Assembly (NCBI GenBank): GCA_030390025.1
Contig: CM059432.1
Coordinates: forward strand, 78,804,001-78,868,000
DNA from: Squalus acanthias
Lineage: Eukaryota
Length of the DNA: 64,000 nucleotides
Direction: 5' to 3'
Under the pieces are notes generated by a model that saw nothing but the letters and a program-made list of their open reading frames with translations, did no database searches and was not told the origin of the DNA. This document shows positions 35,585 to 49,337 of the stretch, piece after piece (the first letter of the stretch is position 1; the number at the start of each line of letters is the position of its first letter). The translations under genes and the position numbers were made by a program.

Positions 35585-38500
35585 TCCTTTAATCTTATAG
35601 TGAAGGATCCTCTAGGGAAGAGTGATCATAATATGATAGAATTTCACATTGAGTTTGAAAGTGACATTCTTAAGTCCAACACTAGAGTCTTAAACTTAAA
35701 CAAAGCCAATTACGTAGGTATGAGGGGCGAGTTAGCTAAGGTAGATTGGGAAATTAGATTAAAAGGTATGACGATATATAGCAGTGGCAATCATTTAATG
35801 AAATATTCCAAAATTCTCAACGAATATACATTCCATTGAGAAATTAAAACTGCACGGTAAAAGTGATCCATCCGTGGCTAACTAAAGAAGTTAAGAATAG
35901 TATTAGATTAAAAGAAGAGGCTTATAATGTTGCAAAGAATAGTAGTAAACCTGAGGATTGGGAAAGCTTTAGAAACCAGCAAAGGATGACCAAAAATTGG
36001 ATAAAAAGGGAGAAAATAGAATATGAGAGTAAATTAGCAAGAAATATAAAAACAGATTGTAAGAGCTTCTACAAGTATGTAAAAAGGAAGAGAGTAGCAA
36101 AAGTAAGCGTTGGTCTCTGAGAGGCTGAGACAGGAGAAATTATATTGGAGTACAAGGAAATGGCAGTGACTTTAAACAAATATTCTGTATCTGTCAAAGG
36201 GGCTAATGAGAGCAAGGAACTTAAAGTAATTAATATCAGTAGAAAAAAAGTACTTGAAAAACTAATTGGACTAAAAACCGACAAATCCCCTGGACCTGAT
36301 GGGCTACATCCTAGGGTTCTAAAAGAGATGATCGCAGAGATAGTGGATGCATTGGTTGTGATCTTCCAAAATTCCTGAGATTCAGGAACGGTCCCAGCAG
36401 ATTGGAAGAAAGCAAATGTAACCCCACTGTTCAAGAAAGAAGAAAGAGAGAAAACCGGGAACTACAGACCAGTTAGCCTGAAATTGATGGAATCCATTAT
36501 TAAGCAAGTAGTATCAGGGTACTTAGAAAATCATAATATGATTAGGCAGAGTCAACATGGTTTTATGAAAGGGAAATCGTGTTTGACAAATTTATTAGAG
36601 TTTTTTGAGGATGTAACTAGTAGGGTAGATAATGGAGAACCAGTAGATGTAATATATTTGGATTTCCAAAAGGCATTTGATGAGGTGCCAGATAAAATGT
36701 TGCTAAGCAAGATAAGGGCTCATGGGATTGGGGGTATTGTATTAGCATGGATTGAGGATTGGTTAACCGACAGAAAACAGAGAGTCGGGATAAACGGGTA
36801 ATTTTCGGATTGGCAGGCTGTAACTAGTGGGGTGCCGCAAGGATCAGTGCTTGGGCCTCAGCTATTTACAATCTATATTAATGACTTAGATGAAGGAACC
36901 ATGTGCAATGTAACCAGGTTTGCTGATGATACAAAGCTAGATGGAAAAGTAAGATGTGAGGAGGACGCAAAGAGCCTGCAAAGGGATACAGACAGGTTAA
37001 GTGAGTGGGCAATAAGGTGGCAGATGGAGTATAATGTGGGGAAATGTGAGGTTATTCACTTTGGTAGGAAGAATAGAAAAACAGAATATTTTTTAAATGG
37101 TGAGAAACTATTAAATGTTGGTGTTCAGAGAGATTTAGGTATCCTCGTACAGGAAACACATGGAGTTAGCATGCAAGTACAGCAAGCAATTAGGAATACA
37201 AATGGCATGTTGACCTTTATTGCTAGAGGGTTGAAGTATAAGAGTAAGGAAGTCTTGCTACAATTGTACAGGGCCTTGGTGAGACCACACCTGGACTAAT
37301 GTGCACAGTTTTGTTCTCCTTATTTAACGAAGGATATACTTGCCTTAGAGGCTGTGCAAAGAAGGTTCACTCGATTGATTCCTGGAATGAGAGGGTTGTC
37401 CTATGAGGAGAGATTGAGTAGGTTGGGCCTATACTCTCTGGAGTTTAGAAGAATGAGAGGTGATCTCATTGAAACATATAAGATTCTCAGGGGGATTGAC
37501 AGGGTAGCTGCTGAGAGGTTGGGCCAGAAATTCGGCTCTCCGGCTTCCTGCGGGTGCAAGCATCGCGCACGTACTTGCCTACCACGTCTGCCGTTGTGTT
37601 TCGGGCCCACGAGGACTTCAGCTCCTGGGCCTCCTGCTGCTGCCAGCGCACAGTGCTTGCGTATCCCAGGGGCGCAGTTAGTTCGAAGCATCCCTGGGAT
37701 CACGTGGGCCATGGAGAGCCAATCCTAGCAGGGCATTTTCAATCCTAGATTTGACAGGAAGACCTGTCAAATCTATGAATAGAGATCGGCCCCAAAACCA
37801 CACTTAAACTTCAAATACATTTTTTTAAAAACATCACATTTTTAAAATAACTATAAGTTACATAAATTAACTAAACAAAAATTTAAATTTTTGAAAAAAT
37901 TAATTATACTTTTTAACGGTGCTAAAAATAAACTTACCTTTCTTTAAAGTATGTAAAAAAGATAAACCTGTTGAAAAAATGTTTAAATTGTAATTAATTA
38001 ACCACTTACCTTGTTAAAAACAGGACTTGCGCCTCCTTTTTAAAAGTGCAGCTTCTCCATACTTACCCTCACAGAGAAACCTGAAAAAAAAACGAAGTTC
38101 GCTGCGTGCGCGCAGCCTCTCCGGCGCACGCGTTCGACTTCTGAATCCCTTCCTTCAAGGGAACGGAAGTTCCGGTTTCCAGCGCATGCACAGTGCATGC
38201 GTGAAACCGGCACTTTCGTTAGGTCTACGGGTGAGTACACAGCGCGTACTCACCCGTGGAGGGCCGAATTTCTGGCCCGTTGTTTCCCCTGGCTGGGGAG
38301 TCTCGAACTAGGGGGCACAATCTCAGGATAAGGGTCGGCCATTTAAGACTGAGATGAGGATGAATTTCTTCACTCAAAGGGTTGTGAATCTTTGGAATTC
38401 TCTACCCCAAAGTGCTGTGGATGTTGAGTCATTGATTATATTCAAGGCTGAGATAGATAGATTTTTGGACTCCAGAGGCATCAAGGGATATGGGGATAGG

Positions 38501-38600
38501 GCAGGAAAGTGGAGTTGAGGTTGAAGATCAGCCATGATCTTTTTTGAGGCTCAAGGGGCCGTATGGCCTACTCCTGCTCCTAATTCTTATGTTCTTATGT
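35585..38600 (+). mobile_element. CR1 LINE (long ORF2 remnant) interrupted by the MITE at 37521-38278
   Basis: PLGKSDHNMI, KSPGPDGLHP, YLDFQKAFD, FADDTK; tail cttatgttcttatg. Confidence 0.94.
37521..38278. mobile_element. Harbinger-type MITE (758 bp), TSD GTT
   Basis: 21-bp TIR GGGCCAGAAATTCGGC(T/C)CTCC with one mismatch; GTT at 37518-37520 and 38279-38281; CR1 sequence rejoins exactly. Confidence 0.93.
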
Positions 38601-38913
38601 TAAGGATGCAATAGTGTGGGGTGTGTGAATGTTTGTATATAGTTAGATGATGGATGAAGTGGGTTGAGCCTGTGATGCTGGTGGTGGTGAAGTTCTTGAG
38701 CAGTGTGTTTGTGAGATGGGATATTACCTTGACCACTCGTGTAATATCATTACATTTTTTACAGCACTGGAGCCATGTCCTGGGGCCAGGACTCCTGGCT
38801 GTTACCTCCTGGGCGATCTCCTCCCACATCTGCCACATTATTTACCTATGTGGCCTCCTTCCCCCTGTGGGTACAGGACATTCCTCCTCCTCCTGTACCT
38901 CCTCCACCAGGAG

Positions 38914-39390
38914 TCATAGAGTTATAACGGCACAGAAGGAGGCCATTCGGCCCATCGAGTCCGTGCCGGCTCTCTGCAGAGCAATCCAGTCAGTCCCATT
39001 CCCTCGCTCTATCCCTGTAGCCCTGCAAGTTTATTTCCCTCAAGTGCCTATCCAGTCTCCCCTTGAAAACACGGAGTGTCTCCGCTTCCACCACTCCCGG
39101 CAAGATTAAGGGGCCACAGATAAAGATTAAATGTAAGAGATTTTGAAGGGAAGGCAGGAGAAACTTCTTCACACAGAGAGTCGTGAGGCAGTGGAATTCA
39201 CTTCCAGGGTTCGTGGTTGAGGCAGAAACTGTGCAAGATTTGATTGGATAGGTGAATGAAGGAAAAGGTGTTGATGGGATATGGGAACAGGGTGGGTAAA
39301 TGTGATTCGAACTATTTGCTCGCACAGAGGGTAAAAGCCGACACGGACTGTTTGGGCTGAATGGTCTGTTTTCGTGTTGTAACTTCTATG
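38914..39390. mobile_element. Two CR1 3' fragments in opposite orientation
   Basis: Minus tail at 38914; plus fragment NFFTQRVVRQWNSLP ending about 39390. Confidence 0.8.
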
Positions 39391-39404
39391 TATTTATAAG
39401 AATC

Positions 39405-39700
39405 TGGGATCTTTTATATCTTCCTGAGACAGCAGACAGGGTCTCGGTTTAATGCCTCATGCAAAAGACATCACCGTCTCAGTACTCCACTGAATTGTCA
39501 TCCTAGATGATGTGTTCAAGTCCTGGAGCAAAGCTTGAAAGAAAGAAAGAAGAAAGAACTGCATTTATATAGCGTCTTTCGTGACGTCCCAAAGCGCTTT
39601 ACAGCTAATGAAGTACTTCTTGAAGTGTAGTCACTGTTGTAATGTCGGGAAGACCCACAGTCTTCTGACTCAGAGGCAAGAGTGCTACCACTTAGCCGAG
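39405..39700 (-). mobile_element. DeuSINE fragments
   Basis: Reverse complement of tail and head segments of the 20005-20455 family. Confidence 0.7.
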
Positions 39701-40654
39701 GATGACATCCCATTTATTTATATGTATATTTTCTTCCTTCTGTAACATGCCTTGAGATGTTTTCTACATTAAAGGCACAAAAAATAAAAGTGGTTATTTT
39801 TGTAAAATAATTTTGTTAAAATTAGCTGACAATTATAATGTAGAGATCTGCCATCATTAGTTGTATGTAGATCCGAAATGTACTTTGTAGTATTTGAACA
39901 GAAGCTACAGAGAATAGGGAGAGTTATTAAAAACACAAGCAGGTCTCTCTCAATGTTGCTCATAGCACCTCACATCTGCTCAGCCCCGCTTTCCACTGCT
40001 TTGCTGTTGCAGTCACTGGAGCCAGAGCAAATAAGAGAGATGGGGACAGGAGCAGAGATGGAACTACTGGAGGTAGTTGACTCGGTAAGGAGTGTGGCTT
40101 TGGAGTTGCTGTTAGGAGGGAGAGACTGAGTGGGAGGGCAGGCTGAGAGGGATCTAGCCAGGTGCCTAGCAACAGAGAGTAGAGATGAGTCAAATTTCCC
40201 ACCCCATTGTAGCTTGTACTGGATGGCTGTTGCAGAGAAGGTGGGGCAGTGCAGGGATAGTGAGATTAGCAGGCCAAGGCCATCAAAGGGGCACCTGTGG
40301 AACAAGGCTACTGGGGATGAGCTAGGAACAGGACTGAGAAGGGGAAAGGCATAAGAGCAGTTGCCCAAAATGAAATCTGGTGACTTGCCACCCATGGGTA
40401 ACATGATTCTCACCAACCAATCACATTGCTAGAAGGCACATGGCTCACAAACCAATCAAATTGCTGGAAGATTAACAGGGTCTTGGATGCAGAATTCAAG
40501 AGAGCAGTCAGATGGCTAGAAGAGAATCTGAACTCACCTTTTTTAATAATATACAAACTTTTTTACGTTTAAAAAGTAAAGTTTAAAGTTCTTCGCTATA
40601 TTCCACACAGGAACGATGCTTGAAGTTTGTGACACTATTTCTTCTTGCCTACAG

Positions 40655-40807
40655 CCATGCACTGGAGTCCTACACAGCTCTTCCTTACAACTTACGATCG
40701 CCGTGTCCCCCAAACCCAATCAATCGTCCAGCTTATCAAGGGAGCAACCCTATCAGTGATGTATGGTCCAAGCATGCCCTGAGAATTGTGGCTAAGTACT
40801 TGAAACG
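40655..40807 (+). CDS. ADHFE1: ADHFE1 coding exon 9 (HALESYTALPYNLRSPCP...AKYLKR)
   Basis: cag|...|gtaaag, 153 nt; HALESY motif. Confidence 0.97.
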
Positions 40808-41246
40808 GTAAAGCAAAGCCTAACAGAGTCTAACATCTCCACTGTTAAAGCTGCAGCTCTCCATAATTCCTTCTTGTTTTGTGTATAGGGAGGAGCATTG
40901 CTTGGGAAGAAATTACTTAAGATGTCAAGTTTAAATTTTTGAAAAATAAAATGTTTTTCAGAAAAGAGTTGGGATTTGTAATGATGTTTGTTCACAGTGC
41001 TGATTTACTTTTTGTCCCTGGCTGCTGCCAATCACAAAGGCAAACAGCAGAGGTCAGCAGAGTACTTCCAGAAACCAGCTATCACCAACCTGAGCTATTA
41101 GAAAAATTACTTCAAAAATCTATTACGGGGAGCACAATTAATGTTATTGTTCAGAGTTCCTTAGCTCCTGCAACATGTAGGAAAAATTAAGAGTTACATC
41201 TTTAAATGTAGCAGTATTTAATATAGTTTAATAGTCTATAGTTTAC

Positions 41247-42004
41247 GGCCTGGATTTTGCGGTGGGTAATAACGGCGAACCAACAGCATTCGCTGTTATT
41301 ACCCCTTTGAAAATGACCGCAACTTCAGGATGTAGCAGAGGCACATCTAATCGCGGAAATCCTGAAGTTGCATTTAGTCACTGACTGCTCCGACACTGGC
41401 TGCGCTGTGGCCCCTCCCCCAAAACCGGAAATCAGTGAAACTGATGAAAACTTGGATTTTTCCACGGTAATATCACAGTTAAATACCCCATTAAATGTTA
41501 GACCTTGTTGGATTAGGTGTAACTAGGGTTTTAACGGCGTATTGCCTGCTAAACAAATGTTATGGCCCTGAAAAACGAATTTTAATTTTGTGGAGTGTCA
41601 AATTTCTCCATTATGATTAAAAAATTCCAATTTTAAAGAAACTTAAAAAAAAATTATATTTTTTAAAAGTTTGTTCATATTTATTTCAGGTTTACCTTAT
41701 CACCATGTGAGAGCCCCAATCTTTGTTTTGTTCTCTCTAACATTTTTTAAAAGTGGGGATAAAAGCAGCTTTTCATTTTAGCTTCCCTGGCTGTGAGAAT
41801 TCTGCATTGTGATTGGCTGCTTAGACAGCTTGTTGACGTCACAGTAGATTGCGCTAGGGATTCCCCGTTATATTGCACTGAAATCACTTGCGCGTCGAAA
41901 AAGGCAAACTTCTCGCCACAGTGATCGCAAGATCTTTGTGGGCAGCTTTCTTCGGGGCCAGCGGCGACCACCTTTGCTTCGCCACTGACCACAAATTCCG
42001 GGCC
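41247..42004. mobile_element. Harbinger-type MITE (758 bp)
   Basis: TIRs GGCCTGGATTTTGCGGT and ACCACAAATTCCGGGCC; TSD not preserved. Confidence 0.75.
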
Positions 42005-42780
42005 AAAATGTCAGTGCTTGGTTTGTACTGTGCAGCTAACTTGTATTCCTCTCTGAGTTTCTTTTCTGGTTTATTGTATACTGTACATGGTTAAAGTTTT
42101 TAAAAAGTTAAAATTATATGTTTATTACACTTTGAGTAAATGCTACAGGGCTGAATTTAGGAACAATTCTTTACTTTTGTAGAGTACAATTTTAGCCCAG
42201 ATGTGTCACTTGACACCACACATTGAGTTCACACCAAGAGGGAAGAATAGCCCAAGGTGACGACCTCCCTTGGTTCATGATCAGTCACATGGTGAGCAAT
42301 TGAGATGGGGAAGGGAAGGATGAGCAACCCAACCTCAATCTGGAGTGGGAACATTTCTTAGTTTGACCATTACAAGAAGGGAGAGAGGGCAGGAAGAGTT
42401 GGTGTAGTGAACCTTCGCCTTTTTGATTCTTGTACCTGCTGATCACAAAACAGCATTGACAGCATTGATAGCACACCATAGCAGAAGGTGCTGCAAGAGA
42501 GGAGAAAAGGGCAGTCTACAGAGAAGGTATTCTTAAGCTGGTGTATTATAACTGTCTGTTGAAAGTATTTTTTGAAAATAACAGTGGAACTTTTTCTCAT
42601 ATGCAAAAAAATACAATTACTTGTTTGTACTGATTGCTTTCTATACTAAGGTCCAGGCTATTAGGTTATTTTGAGTAAAATATATGACATTAGCACATTT
42701 GATCAGTTTATTTCCAATTAATAGAAGAACCTTGATCAATGTTTGCTGCATTAATACTGTTTCCCTATCTTTATCTTATA

Positions 42781-43144
42781 CAGGAAACTCTTTATTAACC
42801 GGCACCGACGGGACCGGCGTGGTGCCGGTTAATCAAAAAGTCCGGATAACGGAGAGTTATATCTCCCAACGTACGAGAGCCCCGTACACACTGACATGCG
42901 CCTGCATTCGGAGCTCCGTCTCCCCGGGGACCGCCAGCTGACCATCTGTCGTGTCCGCTGCCTACCCGGGCTGCACATTCCCCTCCCAATCTACATGCTC
43001 CGATACAAGGCAAATGCCTCGGGGTTTTTTTTAAAGTTATTTTTAAAGGAGAGATGAAGGAAAACCCCGGTTACCTACTCAAGAATTTTGCCGGTTAAGA
43101 GAGATTTCCGGTTATTTGGGTGCCGGTTAAAAGAGAGTTTCCTG
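42781..43144. mobile_element. Tc1/mariner-Tigger-type MITE, TA TSD
   Basis: 26-bp TIR CAGGAAACTCT..ATTAACCGGCACC-type (2 mismatches); TA on both flanks. Confidence 0.88.
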
Positions 43145-43313
43145 TACTTGATTAACTGTGACGTTCAGCTTTGTTATGTCTGTCCTACAACAAGCCTGAA
43201 CCTTGCAGTTGGGTGTAGTCAAGTTGGCCTGTAATACTGATAAGTGTTTTGAGGTTAAAGTTGTGTGTAAATGATTTTTCTTCAAAGCTGGAGCAAAACA
43301 TTTTCTCTATATA

Positions 43314-43564
43314 CAGTAAACTCTTTCGTATCCGGCACCGACGGGACCGGGATGGTGCCGGTTGATTAAAAATTCCGGATAACAGAGAGGTAGGCAATTT
43401 TTAACACAAAAAAAATAAAAACCAGTGACTAACTCGGCCACTGCGGGAAAATCGGACTCGGAAAAACGAAAAATGGATGGATTCAGTAAGATTACCGGTT
43501 ATCTATTTTGCCGGTTATTAAAGAATTCCGGTTGATTAGGTGCCGTTTAAACAAGAGTTTACTG
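43314..43564. mobile_element. Second related Tigger-type MITE, TA TSD
   Basis: CAGTAAACTCTT...AAGAGTTTACTG; TA flanks; subterminal ggcaccgacgggaccgg shared with the 42781 copy. Confidence 0.85.
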
Positions 43565-43949
43565 TACAAATAAAAGGTGTTAGGTGTAGATATGTTACAA
43601 AATTATGATGTATACAACTCACGATCAAGGTCATCCATTATGTTTTCAAATTTTACCTCAGATATTTTCCTCGGGTTCAGCGCCAAAGACAACTTCTATA
43701 AATGACCCCTTGCTTCCTGCAAACTGAAGTGTACCTTTATCTGCCTAATATCTGGGTAACTGTAGTGAGCCTAGGAGTTGAATAGAAGCCCTTGTCACTG
43801 TATTCTGGCTTACTCGCTATATCAGGTGCTGCCAGATGATCCCCTTCACTTTGGAAAGCGGTAAATTAAACATGCTATCAGACTTTAGGCTAAAAACTAC
43901 TAAAAAAAATTCATTAAACAATAAATAGATAAGTGATGATCACCCAGGC

Positions 43950-45000
43950 AAGCCTTCTTTCAAATAAAGAACTTGCATAGATATTTACCATAATCACAAT
44001 ATAATTTTTCAATTAAAAAATCCACAAAGTTGTATAAAGCATGACATGCTGTGACTGTGGTTCTTCTAAATAACTATCCAGCGTCACAGTTAATCAGCCC
44101 TTCATGCGTATCTGTGGCCTCATGTCTGCTGTCACAACCTACCTGGATAGTTCGAGCCTTTGCATGCACTAAACGTCTGCCAAAATGAGGTCTGATCACC
44201 ACTGTCTACAGGTGTGGGTACCAGCGGGTGGCCACAGAGCATCTCTTGAGCCCTCGTTAATCCCAGCAGCTTGATGGGATTTTCTGGGGAAACCCATTTA
44301 TGTCAGTAATAATGCTGGGGCCGCTCTATGCTGATAGTCACGCACAATTGTACATTGATTGAAGGGATTCCTTTGTGCTTCATGTATGGGGCACCACTAC
44401 TGTTGATTGAAGAATGTAGAGCTCCATGCTTGCCATCAATGGCATCCTTAACTTTGGGAAAACCTGCCAATAGACAAATTTATTGTTGTCTCCTGTTGTT
44501 CTCTATTACCCATGGGGAAAGAGCTGCAATTGTTTGCTTTATGCAGCAATGCACTGCAGTCGGACTGGCTCTACTGATGTTCCCATTGGCCTCCTAAATA
44601 GAGCGCGAGGCAAAAAGTTCAAGGCAGTTGTTACCTTCACTGCCACTGGCAGCACCATGCCTGCCCTGCTATTCAGCTACCAGTCTTCCTGCAGCAAGTG
44701 AAATACTCAGGCATGGCTTCCCTGGTCAATCTGAGCCTGAGAAGAGATCGCTCCTCAATAAGTAATTATCTCGGCACAATATAATTGGTTAGCAAGATAT
44801 CTGTAAGTAGGAACCCTCCTCCTACACTGTTGCCACCCTTCCTTGACATCCTGCAGTTTCTGCTCATCCTCCTTTTCTTCCTCTCTCTTCCTCCAAGTAG
44901 CACAAGTCTAATGGGACCTTGAATGGGACATCCATTGTGGAAGGAGAATGGTGGAAAGCGATAAATAGCCCCATGCATTGAAGGATAAATTCTACGGTCA
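43950..45000 (-). pseudogene. Old degraded Harbinger transposase (element F)
   Basis: Minus strand at about 44340-44470 reads AGFPKVKDAIDGKHGAL and HKGIPSINVQL; boundaries approximate. Confidence 0.65.
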
Positions 45001-46433
45001 ATAACTGTAACATTAAGTAGTTGCTCCAACAACAGTAACAGTAGCAAAAGTAACACATAGTATTCAGCCCAATCCCTTTGATGTTCCTTCTTGTCAGCTT
45101 CCTCCCCTGAACCATCTGCAGCTTTTTCTGAGCAGTCAGGTTTCCACCCTATTGCTTTCTCCATTGTCAGCCATTTCCTGTCTATGCGAGACCATCTTAA
45201 AGCCTATAAAGTAAATTTTCTGCTTCTTAAAATGAATGGATGAAAATCATGGGCTGGGGCTGCACATTTTGTTGATACGTCCTTATGACATGCACCAGGA
45301 GCACAGAAGCGGATAATTTACTCTTTAGTACATTATTATGAGTTTTCTAAATTATAGTTTTTAATAAACATAAATTTCATAAACAAACAAAGTTACCTCA
45401 TAAAATGCTCCAAATTTAATGTTTATGCATTTTCCAAGTTTTTTTAGCCTGAAAAATTGTTCAGAGGAGAAAGATTGTTTAACTGAGTTTTCAACAGCAT
45501 TAAGCAAGTGAGTGACTAATAAAAAAAATCCATTCTCAATAAACAATCTCATTATGGTCAGTTCGAAAAGAAACCAAAATCACAGATCCTGCTAATAACA
45601 GGTGTTGTCCATCTGTGAGCAGTTCATAATAGAAAATAGCATTTTTAAATAAATCTCATCACTTGTCTAAAATACAGCTTGCAGAATTCAATCTCCAGTT
45701 GGTTTTAAAGTCTTTTGAAAAAAAAATCAAAGACTCTCCAATCCTCAGAGGGTGAGGGGACCCTTCTACCCTTCAACTCATGCTGCTGCAGAGGCTACAT
45801 GATGGATAAATTCTGACAACTGTGCTACTCAATGCACAGATGTAGTTGAAAGCTCTATCCAATGATTGAGATAAAATTATTAAGACAAATCCAGGCTTTT
45901 GAGACCGGCTGAGGCCTTAAAGTAAAAATTATTATTTTTTTAAATAGAAAAGACAGTTTAATGGATAAATTTGATCAAGTTATTATTGAGGAAAAATATG
46001 GCGAAAAAGATAGAATTTTTTTCGGAAAAGCATTTTGAGTGAGTTAATTGGTTCATCAAAGTGTGGCGGCAAAATTTCACCTTGAAGTGTTGATGAGTCT
46101 ATATAGGATTTTCCCAGTATGAATGTTTACATATGAATTTTCCATTGTGATGTGTTGACATACAAGTTTTCCATGATAAAAGCAGGAAGTAAGTTTTGTG
46201 GACAGGAAGTGCACATCATACACAGGTGCCAAGAATTTCCACAGGGGGTCTCCCAATCACCCGTGTAAATTGGAAATCTTGGAGACATATAAACTGCCCT
46301 CTAACCCCACGTCATCTGAAAGACTACACTTGGTCTTAACTCCTCATGTGCAATGCCATGGGAGATTGTTCAGGCATTTTACTGTGAATACTATACTGCC
46401 TGATAAATATTCATTTCTCCTTCAAACTACTAG

Positions 46434-46532
46434 TGCTGTCAGAAATCCTGATGACTGCGAGGCTAGGTTCAACATGCACCTTGCAAGTGTTTTTGCTGGA
46501 ATTGGCTTTGGAAATGCTGGCGTTCATCTCTG
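46434..46532 (+). CDS. ADHFE1: ADHFE1 coding exon 10 (AVRNPDDCEARFNMHLASVFAGIGFGNAGVHL)
   Basis: tag|...|gtaag, 99 nt. Confidence 0.97.
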
Positions 46533-47289
46533 GTAAGCAATGTGGTGTACTTAGGTTATACAGCCCCAAACCTTTAATAGATAGGATGTATATATTTGTT
46601 CAAGATGGGGAGAGGTTTAGTATTTTATAGTCTTATAGACTAATTTGGCTGTTATTTGCCCTGCTGTATGTTAGCTAATACCCAGCCATTGAGGTCCCCA
46701 GGCTGTGCAGCAGCTGTGCCAAAGGGATCTCCCCATCTAATGTCACTGCAGTCCATTTGCTACACACAATCCTGTCTAAAATGAATGTTTTCAGGGGTCC
46801 ATCAAGGAGCACCATAAAAGATTTTATTTTCCAAAATCTCTTAAAAAAGAATCTAATACTACTGCCTGCAGAGGGATCTTCTTCTTTGAGGCTTAAGTGC
46901 ATATGTTTTATTATCCTTTGCTCTTATTACTGGGATACAGCTCCACACAGGTGCTGGCAGTCCTCTAGTACCTTTTCCAGGTGGCCATTTTTCAGATGTG
47001 AGCCTGGACAATGTGTGACAGAAGGCTGTTCAACTGTGAGAAAGTCAAGGTTAAGTCTGATCCAATCCTTATCCAACATTCATTCACACACACTTTTCAA
47101 CGGGAGCCACAGGGTAGCAGTCAGAACGGGGAATCCTAGCTGATTTTACCCTTGCTAGCCCAGGGTGCTGAGACCAATTACGGTGCTCCAACTACTGCTT
47201 TAGCTGAGATCAGTTAACTTACAACCTCGGAACTTATCTTAGGGCTACAACATGCAATGCCTTTCTCCAATAGATTATTAGAGGCTCAA

Positions 47290-48610
47290 GCATGCAAGTT
47301 CTAAGCATGATTTAATTGCCTATGCAAAAAAGAATTATAAACCATATTACATGTGTGTTATAACTTATAACCCTATATCTTCCTCTGCTTCAAATATTGC
47401 TCACTTTTCCCTTAAAAATGCAATCGTCGCTGCCATTCCATGCGCCAACAACCTTTTGTGTAAAGAAATATGTCCTAACCACTCTCCTCACTCTCTTAAT
47501 TACAGTTTTAATTGGCAACCCCTTTGTCACTGACTCTCAAGCAGAGGAGATAGTCCTTCCTTATTCACCTGATCAAAACTCTTCATAGTTTGCAAAACCT
47601 CTATAAATCTCCTCTTAGCCTTCTCTGCTTCAGTGTAAATAATCCCAATATCTCAAGTCTCACTTCATCGCGATAGTTTGCCATCCCTGGCTTCATCCTG
47701 GTGAGTCTATGCTATCTACCTTCTATGATTTTAATGTCCTTTCCATAATTAGCTCAGTGAAAACTCAAGAGGATTAAATCCCATAAGTGCGAATGTATGC
47801 TGGAAAGTATTTTACCGAACCCCCATTGTCTGAGGCCATCTAACTAAATGTTTTGTCTGGCTTCTGAGTCACGTCCCATGGTGGAGCTGTCCTGAGAAAC
47901 TATCCCCTTTAAAGCAAGCTTCAAGCACATTTAGGTCCTTTCCATGAAAAGTGGTCTTAATATCTAGTAACATAACATCCCTACAACCCCACTTTCAAGG
48001 AATTATGTATTTGAAGCCCTACATCTCTCAGTTCATCCACACCCTTCAGCATCTTTCCATTAGGTGTATACTCTCACTCTTTGTTTTTCCTCCCAAAATG
48101 TATTAGATCACACTTATCTGCATTGAATTGCATCTTCCACCTGTCTGCCCATTTCGCTAACCTGTCTATGGCATCCTGAAGTATTTTGCAGTCCTTCTCA
48201 CTGTTTGTGAAACTCGTTACATTTGTGTCATTAGCAAAGTCTGAGATTGTGCTCCTTATGCCCAAGTCCAAATCATCTATATGCACCGAGAACAAATACT
48301 GGGTACACTATTGCCAATCCTCCGATACGAGCAACACCCATTTACCCTAACATTTTCTTTCTTGTTCATTAACCAACTTTCTATCCACACCACTATATTT
48401 CATCTTATACACCTGAATTTTTCTAACAAGCGTCTTGTGAGACACCTTATCTAACGCCTTCTGAAAATCCATATACATTACATCTATCTACTTCATCCCC
48501 TTTGTCTATCCAATCGGTCACTTCTTCAAAATAACTCTTAAATTTGTCAAATACAACTTGCCTTTAACAAATCCATGCTAGCTCTCAATTAACTCATGTA
48601 CTTCTAAATG
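47290..48610 (-). mobile_element. Old CR1 fragment(s)
   Basis: ORF 48074-48295 (FANDT, WADRWKMQFNADKC). Confidence 0.8.
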
Positions 48611-48749
48611 CACACTCATTTTAATCTATAATTATGGATTGTTAGTTTTGACCTGATACTTGTCAAATTATGCTGAATTTTCACAACTCTTGGGTTACAC
48701 ACAGGCAAATACATTAACTCAAACTGTATGTTTTGTGTACTTTTCTTAG

Positions 48750-48828
48750 TCATGGAATGTCCTATCCAGTAGCAGGAATGGTGAAAACCTTTAGAGCGAA
48801 GGATTACAAAGTGGATCATCCTTTGGTG
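48750..48828 (+). CDS. ADHFE1: ADHFE1 coding exon 11 (HGMSYPVAGMVKTFRAKDYKVDHPLV)
   Basis: tag|...|gtatgt, 79 nt. Confidence 0.97.
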
Positions 48829-49337
48829 GTATGTATCTATTTTGAATTGTGCACGCAATATATCTTACAGGAAAATATATTGATGGAGATGTATTACAAA
48901 GCAGTAACCTTTTTGGGTTCAAGTGATGCCACAGACCACATCAGAGATTGATACCTGAATCTGAGCTGTATGCCTAACTTGTAATGTGCTCCTGTATATG
49001 TTTATTCTATAACATTGTTGTTCAACTGGTGTCTCCTGAACCATGTGTAACTCTTTGAAAGTTTCTCATTTAAATGTGAATGATAGCAGTGACAGGTTGC
49101 AGAAAGTACAAGCCACATTCCACAGGATCAAATATAACATTTTGTACTACAGCTCCAAAATCTGCAAAAATTCAAGAAAGTGGGCACGGATTTTTGTGAG
49201 GGAAGAGTTTTGTGTTGTAGTAGTCAGGTGTTTAGGTGGGCAAAATATTTACCCCATTCCCTACAACATGGTGCATTTGTCAATCCTTAAAAGACATGCA
49301 TTAGAACCTAAGTAAGGGTGATGTTTTATTCTTTTAA

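Larger units (their letters stand above)
33015..38912. mobile_element. PIF/Harbinger element D (deleted transposase +; Myb-like gene -) interrupted by a CR1
   Basis: Acidic transposase C-terminus at about 33750-33900; minus ORFs 34068-35282; Myb exon MWQMWEEIAQEV...TWLQCCKKCND at 38587-38838. Confidence 0.75.
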
